Shown: positions 41,745-54,522 of the stretch, piece by piece
How positions within the stretch are numbered: position 1 is the stretch's first letter
How the letters are laid out: each line of letters begins with the position of its first letter
Assembly (NCBI GenBank): GCA_964016885.1
Contig: OZ024753.1
Coordinates: 30,566,001 to 30,630,000 of the forward strand
From: Eledone cirrhosa
Taxonomy: Eukaryota
DNA length: 64,000 nt
Reading direction: 5' to 3'
The notes under the pieces: generated by a model
What the model was told of the DNA's origin: nothing
The model's database searches: none
The model's input: only the letters and a program-made list of their open reading frames with translations
Program-made: the position numbers and the translations under genes

Positions 41745-42023
41745 ACGTCGTCATTTCTGGATTACCTCCCCTAGCGTCACGCTTACTACTCACTCACTTG
41801 AACACAAGATTTATCAGCAAACTTTGATTATAAACTTTTTCCCGCTGGACGAAATTTCTAGATTTTTAAGCCAAAAGATGCGTAATGATCTACTGTTCAT
41901 GATCATATAAGTTTTATCTCAGTTAAATAAAGTAGAGCCGCGCTGTAGTGTCGTAAACAGACGATTGCCAACGAAAACACGACCACAACGTTTAGGATAT
42001 ATATATAATATATACATACTATG

Positions 42024-42058
<35 letters not shown>

Positions 42059-42063
42059 CTATG

Positions 42064-42098
<35 letters not shown>

Positions 42099-42103
42099 CT
42101 ATG

Positions 42104-42146
<43 letters not shown>

Positions 42147-42151
42147 CTATG

Positions 42152-42184
<33 letters not shown>

Positions 42185-42189
42185 CTATG

Positions 42190-42222
<33 letters not shown>

Positions 42223-42279
42223 CTATGCTATATATATATATATATATACATACTATGCTATATATATATACATACTATG

Positions 42280-42314
<35 letters not shown>

Positions 42315-42319
42315 CTATG

Positions 42320-42363
<44 letters not shown>

Positions 42364-42402
42364 TATGCTATATACATATATATATATATATATATACTAT
42401 GC

Positions 42403-42446
<44 letters not shown>

Positions 42447-42467
42447 CTATATATATATATATATACA

Positions 42468-42517
<50 letters not shown>

Positions 42518-42519
<2 letters not shown>

Positions 42520-42921
42520 TGGCTGCCAACTCGTTTTCGAGTACGGCCACTACTTTATATCCATGTAGGAGAACCCCTACCGATGCGCTGAACGAGTGTG
42601 ACTTTTTAGTCCAGCCAGCGACTTGAAAACTCTGGTACACACTACACTTGTGACAATTACTGACACATAGTGCTGGGCCCATGGTACCATGTGACGACAA
42701 GTGCAGAGAGATCTCCAGATATAAAGCAATGCCTGTGCCGTGAAGCTTTTATAGTGAGCAAAGGCACTGCACAAAGCCAGTCCCACTCTCTTAACCAAGA
42801 TGATATTTACCAAAAAGAAGAACAAGTCAACATCATTGGATACCATCAGGGTTGCAGGTGTTATATCAGAGTTTTCCTTCTCCTAGAATTCTGCCTTGAC
42901 AAAGGCTAAGGGGTCATCTCT
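42518..42921 (-). mobile_element. RTE-like element copy 2, 5'-truncated
   Basis: Reverse-complement match to the 3' ~400 bp of copies 1 and 4. Confidence 0.7.
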
Positions 42922-42976
42922 ATATATATATATATACATACTATATATATATATATATACATACTATATATATACA

Positions 42977-43186
<210 letters not shown>

Positions 43187-43210
43187 TATATATATATATA
43201 TATATATACA

Positions 43211-43321
<111 letters not shown>

Positions 43322-43348
43322 CTATATATATATATATATATATATACA

Positions 43349-43387
<39 letters not shown>

Positions 43388-43420
43388 CTATATATATATA
43401 TATATATATATAAATATACA

Positions 43421-43494
<74 letters not shown>

Positions 43495-43538
43495 CTATAT
43501 ATATATATATATATATATACATACTATATATATATATA

Positions 43539-43644
<106 letters not shown>

Positions 43645-43673
43645 CTATATATATATATATATATATATATACA

Positions 43674-43901
<228 letters not shown>

Positions 43902-43930
43902 CTATATATATATATATATATATATATACA

Positions 43931-43977
<47 letters not shown>

Positions 43978-44053
43978 CTATATATATATATATATATACA
44001 AACTATATATATATATATATATATATACATACTATATATATTTACATACTATT

Positions 44054-44267
44054 GAAGGCGTGTGGCTGAGTGGTTAGAGAATTGGATTCACAATCTTGTG
44101 GTTGTGAGTTCGATTCCTGGATCGGGTGATGCGTTATGTCCTTGAGCAAGACACTCTATTTCACGTTGCTCATTCTACCTGGAGTTGCAACCGATAGATA
44201 ATACTAGCAACTGGAAAGACCAACGGAAACATTGTTTCCTCGGTCCGATTTGACGAAAGTCGATCGA
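44054..44267 (+). mobile_element. SINE family B (tRNA-derived)
   Basis: A-box TGGCTGAGTGG, B-box GAGTTCGATTCC, body GTCCTTGAGCAAGACAC. Related copies at ~5317-5491(-), 26580-26680(-), 48247-48450(+), 57645-57886(-). Confidence 0.75.
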
Positions 44268-44281
44268 TCCTTAAATACATA

Positions 44282-44331
<50 letters not shown>

Positions 44332-44336
<5 letters not shown>

Positions 44337-44663
44337 GGATATGTGTTCCTACACGCACAAAGCGCTAATGGACACATGTATTGTCCAACCATATGCCAAC
44401 GTGGATCAATGGCAGGTTAATAAATTAACGAGCCAGAACATATATAATCAGGTTTAGCAAATAATGAAAAAGTTTCAAAATAAATATTTAAAAAATTGAC
44501 TTCACTTACTATAGTTACCTTTACCGAATCGGTTTCGAATCTCAAAAATAAACGGAGACCATACGGCCTTCGTTGCAAAGAAAGATTCTCGTCAGAAGGT
44601 TCTTTTCGTAAAGTCAATTTTTTAAAATTTATTTTGAAACCTTTTCATTATTTACTAAACCTG

Positions 44664-44671
<8 letters not shown>
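44332..44671 (-). mobile_element. Fold-back element with hammerhead in the loop and tail, in (TA)n
   Basis: Arms 44441-44502 / 44611-44671, tail 44332-44440. Confidence 0.8.
44517..44600 (-). ncRNA. Type I hammerhead ribozyme, canonical core
   Basis: Minus strand: ACCTT-CTGACGA-GAATCT[loop]AGATTC-GAAA-CCG-ATT-CGG-TA^AAGGT. Stems I (5 bp), II (6 bp) and III all pair; GUA cleavage triplet. Confidence 0.8.
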
Positions 44672-44711
<40 letters not shown>

Positions 44712-44713
44712 GC

Positions 44714-44782
<69 letters not shown>

Positions 44783-44783
44783 G

Positions 44784-44824
<41 letters not shown>

Positions 44825-44825
44825 G

Positions 44826-44862
<37 letters not shown>

Positions 44863-44903
44863 CTATGCTATATATATATATATATATATATACACATACT
44901 ATG

Positions 44904-44948
<45 letters not shown>

Positions 44949-44983
44949 CTATGGTCTATATATATATATATATACATACTATG

Positions 44984-45022
<39 letters not shown>

Positions 45023-45127
45023 CATACTATGGTCTATATATATATATATATATATACATACTATGCTCTCTCTATATATATATATACATACTATGCTATA
45101 TATATATATATATATATACATACTATG

Positions 45128-45190
<63 letters not shown>

Positions 45191-45195
45191 CTATG

Positions 45196-45246
<51 letters not shown>

Positions 45247-45303
45247 CTATGCTCTATATATATATATATATATATACTATGCTCTATATATATACATACT
45301 ATG

Positions 45304-45350
<47 letters not shown>

Positions 45351-45409
45351 CTATGCTCTATATATATATATATATATATACTATGCTCTATATATATGTA
45401 TATACTATG

Positions 45410-45464
<55 letters not shown>

Positions 45465-48400
45465 ATGCCATACATATACATATTATGATCTACATTAAAT
45501 CAAATACTAAGAATGACTAAAATGAATAAGAAAATGAAGAATTAGTTTTCGATTAACCTCAGTTTATATAATCTATAGTATTGTAGCTGAATATAATTTG
45601 TTTTAAAGATTTGTGGAAAGCAATAGATGCAATCGTAATGATATCTCAGGCTTCGCTGTTTCATTCATATAGATAGCCACCCCTCTTGTAGAGTTAGTAA
45701 AATTCAATAAAATAACGATGTTCTCTTATACCAGTCAATATCTGTTCATTGATGTGATTCCATGCATTCAATATCCAATAACTCACTCGATAAACACAAA
45801 TTACGTGACATAAGTATATAATCGATTGACATATTAAAAAATTGATTTTCTTGTACTTTGTCATTCTTATTTCTTCAATATGGTCATCGAAATCTATTGG
45901 TGATAGAATCATTTTGTTATTAACGTCCTAAATAGGGTTGTGAGTTGGTAGAGCGTCGGACAACATGCTTTACGGCATAGTTAAGTCCCTATACGTTCTG
46001 AGTTCAAATCCAGCCGAGGTCAGCTTTGCCTTTCATCCTTACCGGGTCGATAAAATAAAATGCCAGTAACGCACTCTGATCGATTTAATCGACTTTCCCC
46101 TACCCCCAAAATTGTTGGTCTTCTGCTCGAATCAGAAACCGTATTGAAGGTGTTGAGGAGCCGTAGCATGGCCGAATTCTGGTTAAGAAGTTCATTTCGC
46201 AGTCATTTGATCCGGGTTTGATCTCACTTCGTGCTACCTTGAGCAAGTGTCATTTACCATAGCTTCGGGTTGACCTATGTCGTGTGAGCGAAACTGAGTT
46301 GATAGAAACTGATTGGTATCTTGTTGGATACCATTCCTGTGGAATGCTCAGCCACGTACACATTAATTTCTCAAGCATGCAGTCCAATTGATTAAATAAA
46401 CTGGAACACTCATCATCGGAAACGACGGATGTCCAAAATAGAACACCGGAAACTGACTCAGAATTTCGGAGTCACTATGTTATTGCTAGATAGTCGTTGC
46501 ATCTACGCTGGGATCAAGTATTACTTTCGTCTTGCTGAGTTCAAATCCCGCTGCGGTGAGCTTTGCTTTTCATGCTTACGAAGTCGATAAAAAAAAGTAC
46601 CAGTACTGTTATTAATAGAATTTTTGCCTAATATCTCACATAAAATATTAAACATAGTAGATCCTTTATTTTCCTAATCTACACAATTAATACTTCATTC
46701 CTACTTGTTGATCAGCCGTACAACATCTAATATCTAATATAGAAATGACAATATATTTCAATGACTTAATAGTATAGAGAACACAAGGCGTAAACAGAGA
46801 TTCACTAACCCAAATCGATATTTGGAATCTGTTAAATTAATTGTACAACAGATTAGGAAAACATTTTAACGTTTAAACATATTTAGTAACTGAATGATCA
46901 AGTTTCTAACCTTTCTTGTGGTTTAACATATAACGTAGCCTATAAAACCTTGTATATAAGTATATATAATCCTTACATAAACTCAGTCTAGATATGAAGG
47001 TGAATATAATTACGAGTGATATCATACAGGAGAACAAAGTGAATAAATTTCATATTTGAAAATATACTTAATCTCTTATGTAGACATATAAGCTTTAAGG
47101 CAAATCAAATCAAATTGAATGTAGCGTTAATAAAGCGAAAACTTTTTGGTTCGTAAGCAAAAAGTATTTTAGAACTTTCAAACTATTTCTAAGCCATTAG
47201 GTATATATATATATATATTAGTTGTGGTTTCATGTTAATCAATGGCAAGCTTCTTCGCTACACTGTTATCTTAATTCAGAATTTTGAAGTGTAAATTCGA
47301 AAGAATGGTAATGTCGGTGTTAACAGTAAACCTATTTGCATTTTCCATCCATTTCAAAGAAGTACTTTCGAAGATATACTATGAAGTTGTCTTTTTTTAA
47401 AAGGATCTCACAAATCAATGGCCATATTATAAAGCTTTATTCTGTGTAACATCTGTTTTATTTAAGAATATATAAATGTTGTTTGCAATATACTACTAAC
47501 GTCTTTTTGAGCTTTCTAAGAATTTACGTTTGTATTGTAATCTTTTTTCGTTTCAGACACCATTCTCAAAATTTATGTTTATGTACACAAAAGAGTTTAT
47601 TTACACAAAACAGTTAAACTAAAATGGCAAGAGTTTCGGAGACATTTCTAAATATATTTAAATACTCATTTCTCGCATTATCGTAAAACCACACATTTTG
47701 TTAGGAATGTATAGTTTATTATCGAACGCAACATGGCCACATGATTAGGAATTCCACTTTGCAATCACGATGTCCCTGGTTCGATCTCATTGCATAGTAT
47801 CTTGTGCTTCGAGGTCCCTATAGTCTTGTGAACGATTGTTTTCCTATCTTCTTTTGTCCTGTGTTATGTGGCGAACTGCCCCGTTGTTACAACTGCTTTG
47901 CGGTTGAAATTGCTCTGTGGTTGCAGTTGCTGCGTGATTCTAGTTGCTTCATGCTTGAAATTGCCCCGTCGTTGAAATTTCCCCGTGGTTGCTGTTGCCC
48001 CGTGGTTGCAGTTGCTCTGTGATTGCAACTGCTCCATGGACAATTCGATGGATCACCCATTGACATATTGTGGGCCGACAAGAACGTGTACAATTTGTAT
48101 GACCATTATAACAGTTGAGATTATTATAAGATACGACTTCCACGTTTGCAATCTAATAGAAGAATTACATTTGTCATTATAGCCTGTTCGTTAGTGTATG
48201 TGCTTAAAAAGATATTTAATTTTAGAGTTTCTTTAGTATATTATGTGAAGGTGCGTGGCTTAGTGGTTAGAGTTGGATTCGCAATCGTGGGGTTGCGAGT
48301 TCAATTCTCAGACCGGCTGATACATTGTGTCCTTCAGCAAGACACTTTATTTCACGTTGCTACTTCTGCCAAGAGTTGCGATCGGAAGATAGTATCAGCA

Positions 48401-48976
48401 ATGGAAAGACCAATGGAAACATTGTTTCCTTGGTCCGATTTGACGAGGTCCAACTCACTCGGCAAGGTCTTGGATCTTATCGATCGATCAGAGCGAGAGT
48501 ATATTGTTAGTGTTAATTTATGGTTTGCGTTCTCTTTTCTTTTTCAGTAGCTTCATCGTGTGTTAATCTATTCTATATTTATCATGCATTTGATTCATAC
48601 AATGCCTTTAATGTCTATGTGTATTTTTAATAGACGTAGTTGGTGATGTATTTATTGAAGGAATGAATTTCAGAATTCTAAGATGTATCATAAAGTTATC
48701 AGTTTACCTATAAAATACATTGGTAATTGCAGAAAGAGTCAGATTTTTATCACATTGAATCGATTCAATATTATTTTCAGAGATTATGTATGTCAGCTCG
48801 CCCTTGTGATATTTTTTTCTTCTAAATAGGATTAAAGTAACAAGTGGAAGAAAGTATGAAATGATGACAGGCAATCAACTGAGCACCATGTAAATATTTA
48901 ATCAGATGATACGAAACTTAGTGCATGCAAGGAATTTATTTAAGACCTTGAAATGATTTTCAAATTGCAGATGAAA

Positions 48977-49029
48977 AAATAAATAGAAAAAAATGTTATC
49001 TTGGTGATCTGATTGTCATATGTGAATAA

Positions 49030-49113
<84 letters not shown>

Positions 49114-49167
49114 TTATTCACATATGACAATCAGATCATCAAGATAACATTTATTTTCTATTTATTT
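48977..49167. repeat. Inverted duplication flanking a (TA)n tract
   Basis: Arms 48977-49035 / 49108-49167 with (TA)n as the spacer; more TA after the right arm. Confidence 0.8.
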
Positions 49168-49349
49168 ATATATATATATATATGATTCCAAATACTATGT
49201 TGCTGGTTTTAAACATGTATCGTTAAAATATCTTGCATTTGATAAAAATTTGTTTAAAATGTGAAGAAAAATTCATTCTCAGGTAAAAATGACTGAGGAA
49301 ATTGAAAATGTTGCAAGTATTAGTGAAATTGGCAAAATGATGAATAACA

Positions 49350-50545
49350 GTTTAAAATTCAAGTTGACACTAATAACTGTTATGTCTCAGAACTTCTGGA
49401 TACATTTGAATAAACTAAAAATAAGAAAGTGTGATGGATCACTCTGAAAATTTGAAGGATCGCCCATTGACATGTACAAGTTTTATGCAGTAATGCAGAG
49501 GTTTTCAAACGTTTTGGGCTCCCGCCTCCCTCACGGCCTCATAATACCCTCAGTGCCCCCGACCCTGAGAAACCTGCCTACACGCAAATCATAATTAATG
49601 TATAATAAATAAAATCGTTCATTTATATATAATAGATAATATAATATATACTATGTATAAATAAATATTATATATTTTTTATTTTACTATATCTATATAT
49701 AATATGCATCATTTGATATTTAATATACTATATCATCTCTACTACCCACCCACCAACCCTTTATGCCCCCAGCGCCCCCTGAACCTTCTCAATGTCTCCC
49801 GGGGGCGGTAGCACCCACTTTGAGAACCTCTGCAGTAATGGAAACTGGCAAGAGCAGAATCACATTAAGTCTTATTGTTGCTGAATAAAAGAAAATCACA
49901 CGATATGGCTTCATAGTTGAACAGTAATTCATGAGATGGAAGTTACAGAACAATTTGGAATATTAAGAAGGTTTAAAGCTACGATGTTTATCAAAGGAAA
50001 TATCGGACCATCTATATTGAGACAAAATCATCGTTAATGCATATTAAATCATAAGTTATAGCAAATCTGGGGAAGTTCTTTTAGAAACGATTTCTCTTGG
50101 TGGGAGTAAATCGGCCTCTCATTTATTGGTTGTGCGAAAGATGGATGGGGGTCTCAAAATATGTGCAGACAGTAAAGTAAATGATAAATTTTTTCAGACT
50201 CTTAGCCAACTCCAAATACTAATCGATATTTCATTCTCTTTCTGGCATGAAACATTGTGCCAAATTGAATTTGAAAGAGACATACCATCTGATAGAAATA
50301 TTTTCTGAAGTGAGTTAACGATAAATACATCAACTGGTCTTTTAATATGGACATGCCTTCCATATGAAATTAGAGTAACCTGCGTTTTGTTTCAGAGAGC
50401 AATTGAACATACTGTAGTAAATGACATTGATAATGTTATTATGTATCAAGATGATGTATAGATCGATGTTAAAATTGTTGAAAGTATGCATATCAAAGTA
50501 GATAAGATCATAAAATGGTTGAAATTATCAGGAGTAGTGATCAAT
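49350..50545 (+). pseudogene. Decayed Ty3/Gypsy pol (possible protease remnant and RT), interrupted by the MITE
   Basis: SASHLLVVRKMDGGLKICAD (cf. WASPIVVVxKxDGxLRxCxDY) and TINTSTGLLIWTCLPYEI...LFQRAIE...VIMYQDDV, with stops and frameshifts. Confidence 0.75.
49496..49832. mobile_element. hAT (Charlie-like) MITE
   Basis: TIRs CAGAGGTTTTCAAA / TTTGAGAACCTCTG; perfect 8-bp TSD CAGTAATG at 49488-49495 and 49833-49840. Confidence 0.88.
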
Positions 50546-52089
50546 CGAGCTCTCTCTTGCTATAGCAAGTAAACGTACTGTTCGTAGAAAGAATATTAAT
50601 TTTGAGTTATTTATCGTATATGTAAATACTAACAGAAATAAATTGGGTCTGCTTCACGCGCACTCACAATGTGAATTAAGTCATTAATAGAATCACTACA
50701 CAATGGCTGTAAAGTAAACTTTGTAACGATGCGTCTTTTTAGTAAAAATACAATTTAGTCTCGTTGTGAAAAGAAAAAATGTGGTTCAATCACAGTTTTT
50801 CTCTCTCCGTGACCAGAAAACAAAGAGCAATTAGGCTACATTCAATATTTATTGACATCTAATCAGAGATAAGTTACTCACGTCCTCTTTGCAGATACAA
50901 CATTATTTTATAGGTATTTAAAGTATGTACAAACACCAAACACCGACAGAACTATATAAGTCTTGCTAATGTATATAACAATGCAAGAGTTGAGAACGTG
51001 AATTAATTATTCAAAGCACTATATAGTGGTTTTAAGCTAAATGGAAGTGTTAAGTAAACCTTACAATGACGTGTTTTTAGTAAACAGACAATTAAGCATC
51101 GCTTTGAAAGGTAATCAAGGAACTTGCACCACATATTTATGATTACTGCTAGAAAAATTAGACCGGATAAACCAGTTTCAACGTTTACTAAGAATGCATG
51201 CTAATAAGATTTACCCTCATATTTTTACATTGATTAAAATCATGTATATTGCTTCTATTATTTAATCAATTAATTAAATAATTAGGCAAGCTAATTTAGT
51301 ACTGTCTGGTTTTACACATAATTTGCTATAAATATCTACAAATTAATATGCTTTCCGTTGATAGGAAATAATTTGATGACGCGTTAATAAGCGTTGAAAC
51401 TAATCTGTAAATAGAGAGAAAACTTGTTTTAAACATTCTACTAACGTTTTACTGCGAGGTTAAAATATATTATGACAAAACATACTTGTAAACTTTGCCT
51501 TACATTTCTATTTCTGGGAGAACCTATATATATATAAACGTTAGAATATGTGTAATAAGGCCAAGACAATGCAGATATGGACATAGAAAAAAGAATGCAA
51601 TAGTGAGAGATATTGATGTGAATTCGTCTTTCACCTTGAATTTATTTAAATGTCCTTAATTTTCGAGATAATATCTCTTCTTCGGAAGGAAGTAAAGGTC
51701 TCAGACCAGCGTCTTTAAATTTTTAATGAAGCCATGCTGACCGGAAATAGTATAGAGTATCTGTTCTAACTTTAATATCAAAGAATTAAAATTAGGTGGG
51801 TAAAGAGTAGTCTCCCTTTAAGAGGGGTTTGTTTATGTTTTGTTTTTGTTTTTGTTGTGTTTTTTAAAATTTTATATGCGTGCCTGTATATGTGTGTGGG
51901 AGAAAGCATGAAGGTGTAGGTATGTGGGTGGGTGTGTGTGAGTGTGGGAAGATAGGTCTAATCGTAAAAGTGGGGGGTAGGTGTTATCTGGTGTTAGAAC
52001 TGGTTTTGTGTGTGTATGTGTGAGAGAGAATAAGTGGAGGTGTGCGCGTGCGTGTGTGTGGGGTGTGTAAAGTGGGGCTAGAGGCCCTA

Positions 52090-52911
52090 TCAGGTTATAA
52101 ATTGGGTGTTGAGCTCTAGTCTATTATTGATTGGTGGATGTGTTCTATCTATAATGAGTGCTTCCTTGATTCTAAGATTGCCGAGGTTTCTTTCCTTAGT
52201 TTCTATCCTAACTGTTATGTTTTTATCAGTGTTTTTGCATTTAACTAGGTGTTTCTTAAATGAGGAAGCGTTAGCATTGAGGTGTTCTTTTATTCTTATG
52301 TGGAGTGGTCTGGTGGTGCTACCTACGTAGAAGTTGTTGCATTTGTCACACTCTAGTCTGTAAACTACGTAAGCCTGGTGGCATAGGTCTGTGTCGTTGA
52401 TGGGGCAGTTGGCTAGTCTGCAGCAGTTGCCATGTCTGGTGGAGTGTCTCTTAGCTAGCCGTCCGCGCAAAGAAGGACCCGAATGGGCCAGTTGAATATC
52501 CAGACCTTCTCGTCTGATGGCTCTGCGGATGGCTGTTGTTGTTTCTTCACTGAAGTGTGGGAGCTTCAGGAAGCAAGTGTTAGTGCCTCGGGTGTGGTGT
52601 CCTCTGTTCTTTCTGGCACGGTTTGTGGTGGATGTCGTGTATCCGTTCAGTTTGAGTACTTCCAGGAAATGTGTGGTGTGTGTGTCTCGGTCTCTGGCGT
52701 CGGTGCATTTGTTCTTGATACGTGCCAGTTCGTTCTTTATGTATCCGAACTTGGCACCGAGTGGGAGGGCCGATCTGAAATGTACGAACAGGTCCCTGCT
52801 GGCGGATTTTTTATAAGCAGGTGTGGATGTTGCCCTGAGTTGGAAGTCCAGCAGGGATAGGGATCCGCGGTCATCGGGGTGTTCTATGCTGAACTTTATA
52901 CTGGCGTCCAT
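52090..52911 (-). pseudogene. Penelope-like RT C-terminus + GIY-YIG endonuclease fragment
   Basis: IKFSIE...LSLLD, YKKS...HFRSALP..K, VVYRLECDKCNNFYVGSTTRPLHIRIKEH, LRIKEALII...PPINN. Confidence 0.88.
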
Positions 52912-52912
52912 G

Positions 52913-53326
52913 CTGGATATTCAACTGGCCCATTCGGGTCCTTCTTTGCGCGGACGGCTAGCTAAGAGACACTCCACCAGACATGGCAACTGCTGCAGAC
53001 TAGCCAACTGCCCCATCAACGACACAGACCTATGCCACCAGGCTTACGTAGTTTACAGACTAGAGTGTGACAAATGCAACAACTTCTACGTAGGTAGCAC
53101 CACCAGACCACTCCACATAAGAATAAAAGAACACCTCAATACTAACGCTTCCTCATTTAAGAAACACCTAGTTAAATGCAAAAACACTGATAAAAACATA
53201 ACAGTTAGGATAGAAACTAAGGAAAGAAACCTCGGCAATCTTAGAATCAAGGAAGCACTCATTATAGATAGAACACATCCACCAATCAATAATAGACTAG
53301 AGCTCAACACCCAATTTATAACCTGA
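52913..53326 (+). pseudogene. Inverted copy of the GIY-YIG endonuclease part of element 2
   Basis: Nearly identical translation from LDIQLAHSG to NTQFIT*. Confidence 0.85.
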
Positions 53327-53724
53327 TAGGGCCTCTAGCCCCACTTTACACACCCCACACACACGCACGCGCACACCTCCACTTATTCTCTCTCACACAT
53401 ACACACACAAAACCAGGTCTAACACCAGATAACACCTACCCCCCACTTTTACGATTAGACCTATCTTCCCATACTCACACACACACACCCACATACCTAC
53501 ACTTTCATGCTTTCTCCCACACACATATACAGGCACGCATATAAAATTTTAAAAAGCACAACAAAAACAAAAACAAAACATAAACAAACCCCTCTTAAAG
53601 GGAGACTACTCTTTACCCACCTAATTTTAATTCTTTGATATTAAAGTTAGAACAGATACTCTATACTATTTCCGGTCAGCATGGCTTCATTAGAAATTTA
53701 AAGACGCTGGTCTGAGACCTTTAC

Positions 53725-53763
53725 TTCCCTCCGAAGAAGAGATATTATCTCGAAAATTAAGGA
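53725..53763 (+). ncRNA. Candidate minimal hammerhead (U4C core) in the 3' region of Penelope-like element 2; inverted copy 51653-51691
   Basis: TTCCCT-CCGAAGA-A-GAGATA-T-TATCTC-GAAA-AT-TA^AGGA; palindromic AATT in stem III. Confidence 0.5.
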
Positions 53764-53921
53764 CATTTAAATAAATTCAAGGTGAAAGACGAATTCTCAT
53801 CAATATCTCTCACTATTGCATTCTTTTTTCTATGTCCATATCTGCATTGTCTTGGCCTTATTACACATATTCTAACGTTTATACCTCATTACACAATGCT
53901 TCAAGTGAACTATAACCTCCT

Positions 53922-53963
<42 letters not shown>

Positions 53964-53970
<7 letters not shown>

Positions 53971-54316
53971 AAAGGTTGCAATAAATGCGTATAAAGAGTA
54001 TAATATTATAGATAACGAGGAATCAGTGATGCATCAAAACACAATTTATTAACATATTACATATGTTTCTCCGACGATCAGCTCAAGGCAGCATCTGTTA
54101 CAGATCGAACCTGACTCTGCATTCGCAAGGTCCTCAGATATGTTTTGCGCTTTCAAAGAGTGAAACAATTCGGTCCGTTCCAACGTCAACAATTGCGAAT
54201 GCAGGGTCGGGTTCGATCTGTAATAGATCCTGCATTGAGCTGATCATCGGAGAAACATATGTAATATGTTAATAAATTGTTTTGATGCATAACTGATTCC
54301 TCGTTATCTATAATAT
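53964..54316 (-). mobile_element. Fold-back element with candidate hammerhead and tail, in (TA)n
   Basis: Arms 54003-54128 / 54193-54316, tail 53964-54002. Confidence 0.8.
54051..54144 (-). ncRNA. Candidate hammerhead ribozyme with long stem II insertion
   Basis: AACATAT-CTGAGGA-[~60 nt containing ATCTGT/ACAGAT and TCAG/CTGA pairings]-GAAAC-ATAT-GTA^ATATGTT. 7-bp stem I and palindromic loop III; the base of stem II is weak. Confidence 0.6.
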
Positions 54317-54473
54317 ATATATATATATATTATAAGAACAGATTAAAGTTTAAGCAAAGAATCGCTGCTTAACGGGATCTTCTGAAATATTTTCTCTGGG
54401 GTTCATATATATTTGATATATATTTATCCTTATCGAGCCCTCTTTGGATTTTAGTCTTCACATTTATTATTAT

Positions 54474-54522
<49 letters not shown>

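Larger units (their letters stand above)
39669..41996. mobile_element. 2.3-kb composite insertion in (TA)n satellite with left-end inverted repeat and orphan ORFs
   Basis: Arms 39669-39886 / 40533-40753 containing short internal tandem repeats; GC-rich spacer; ~60-bp direct repeat at 40754 and 41437. Confidence 0.6.
51533..53922. mobile_element. Penelope-like retroelement 2, inverted-duplicated 5'-truncated insertion in (TA)n
   Basis: Minus copy ~51533-52912 and plus copy 52913-53883 (the latter mirrors ~51533-52503). Unique tail 53884-53922, then (TA)n. Short TA run at the left end. Confidence 0.92.

Noticed and set aside
42670-42909. Recurrent 79-89-aa ORFs (MLGPWYHV..., MVSNDVDL...)
   Set aside because: They recur only because they lie inside the repeated RTE-like element; frameshifts differ between copies.
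44054-44130. tRNA gene
   Set aside because: The A and B boxes belong to a SINE head; there is no acceptor stem and the body continues into repeat sequence.
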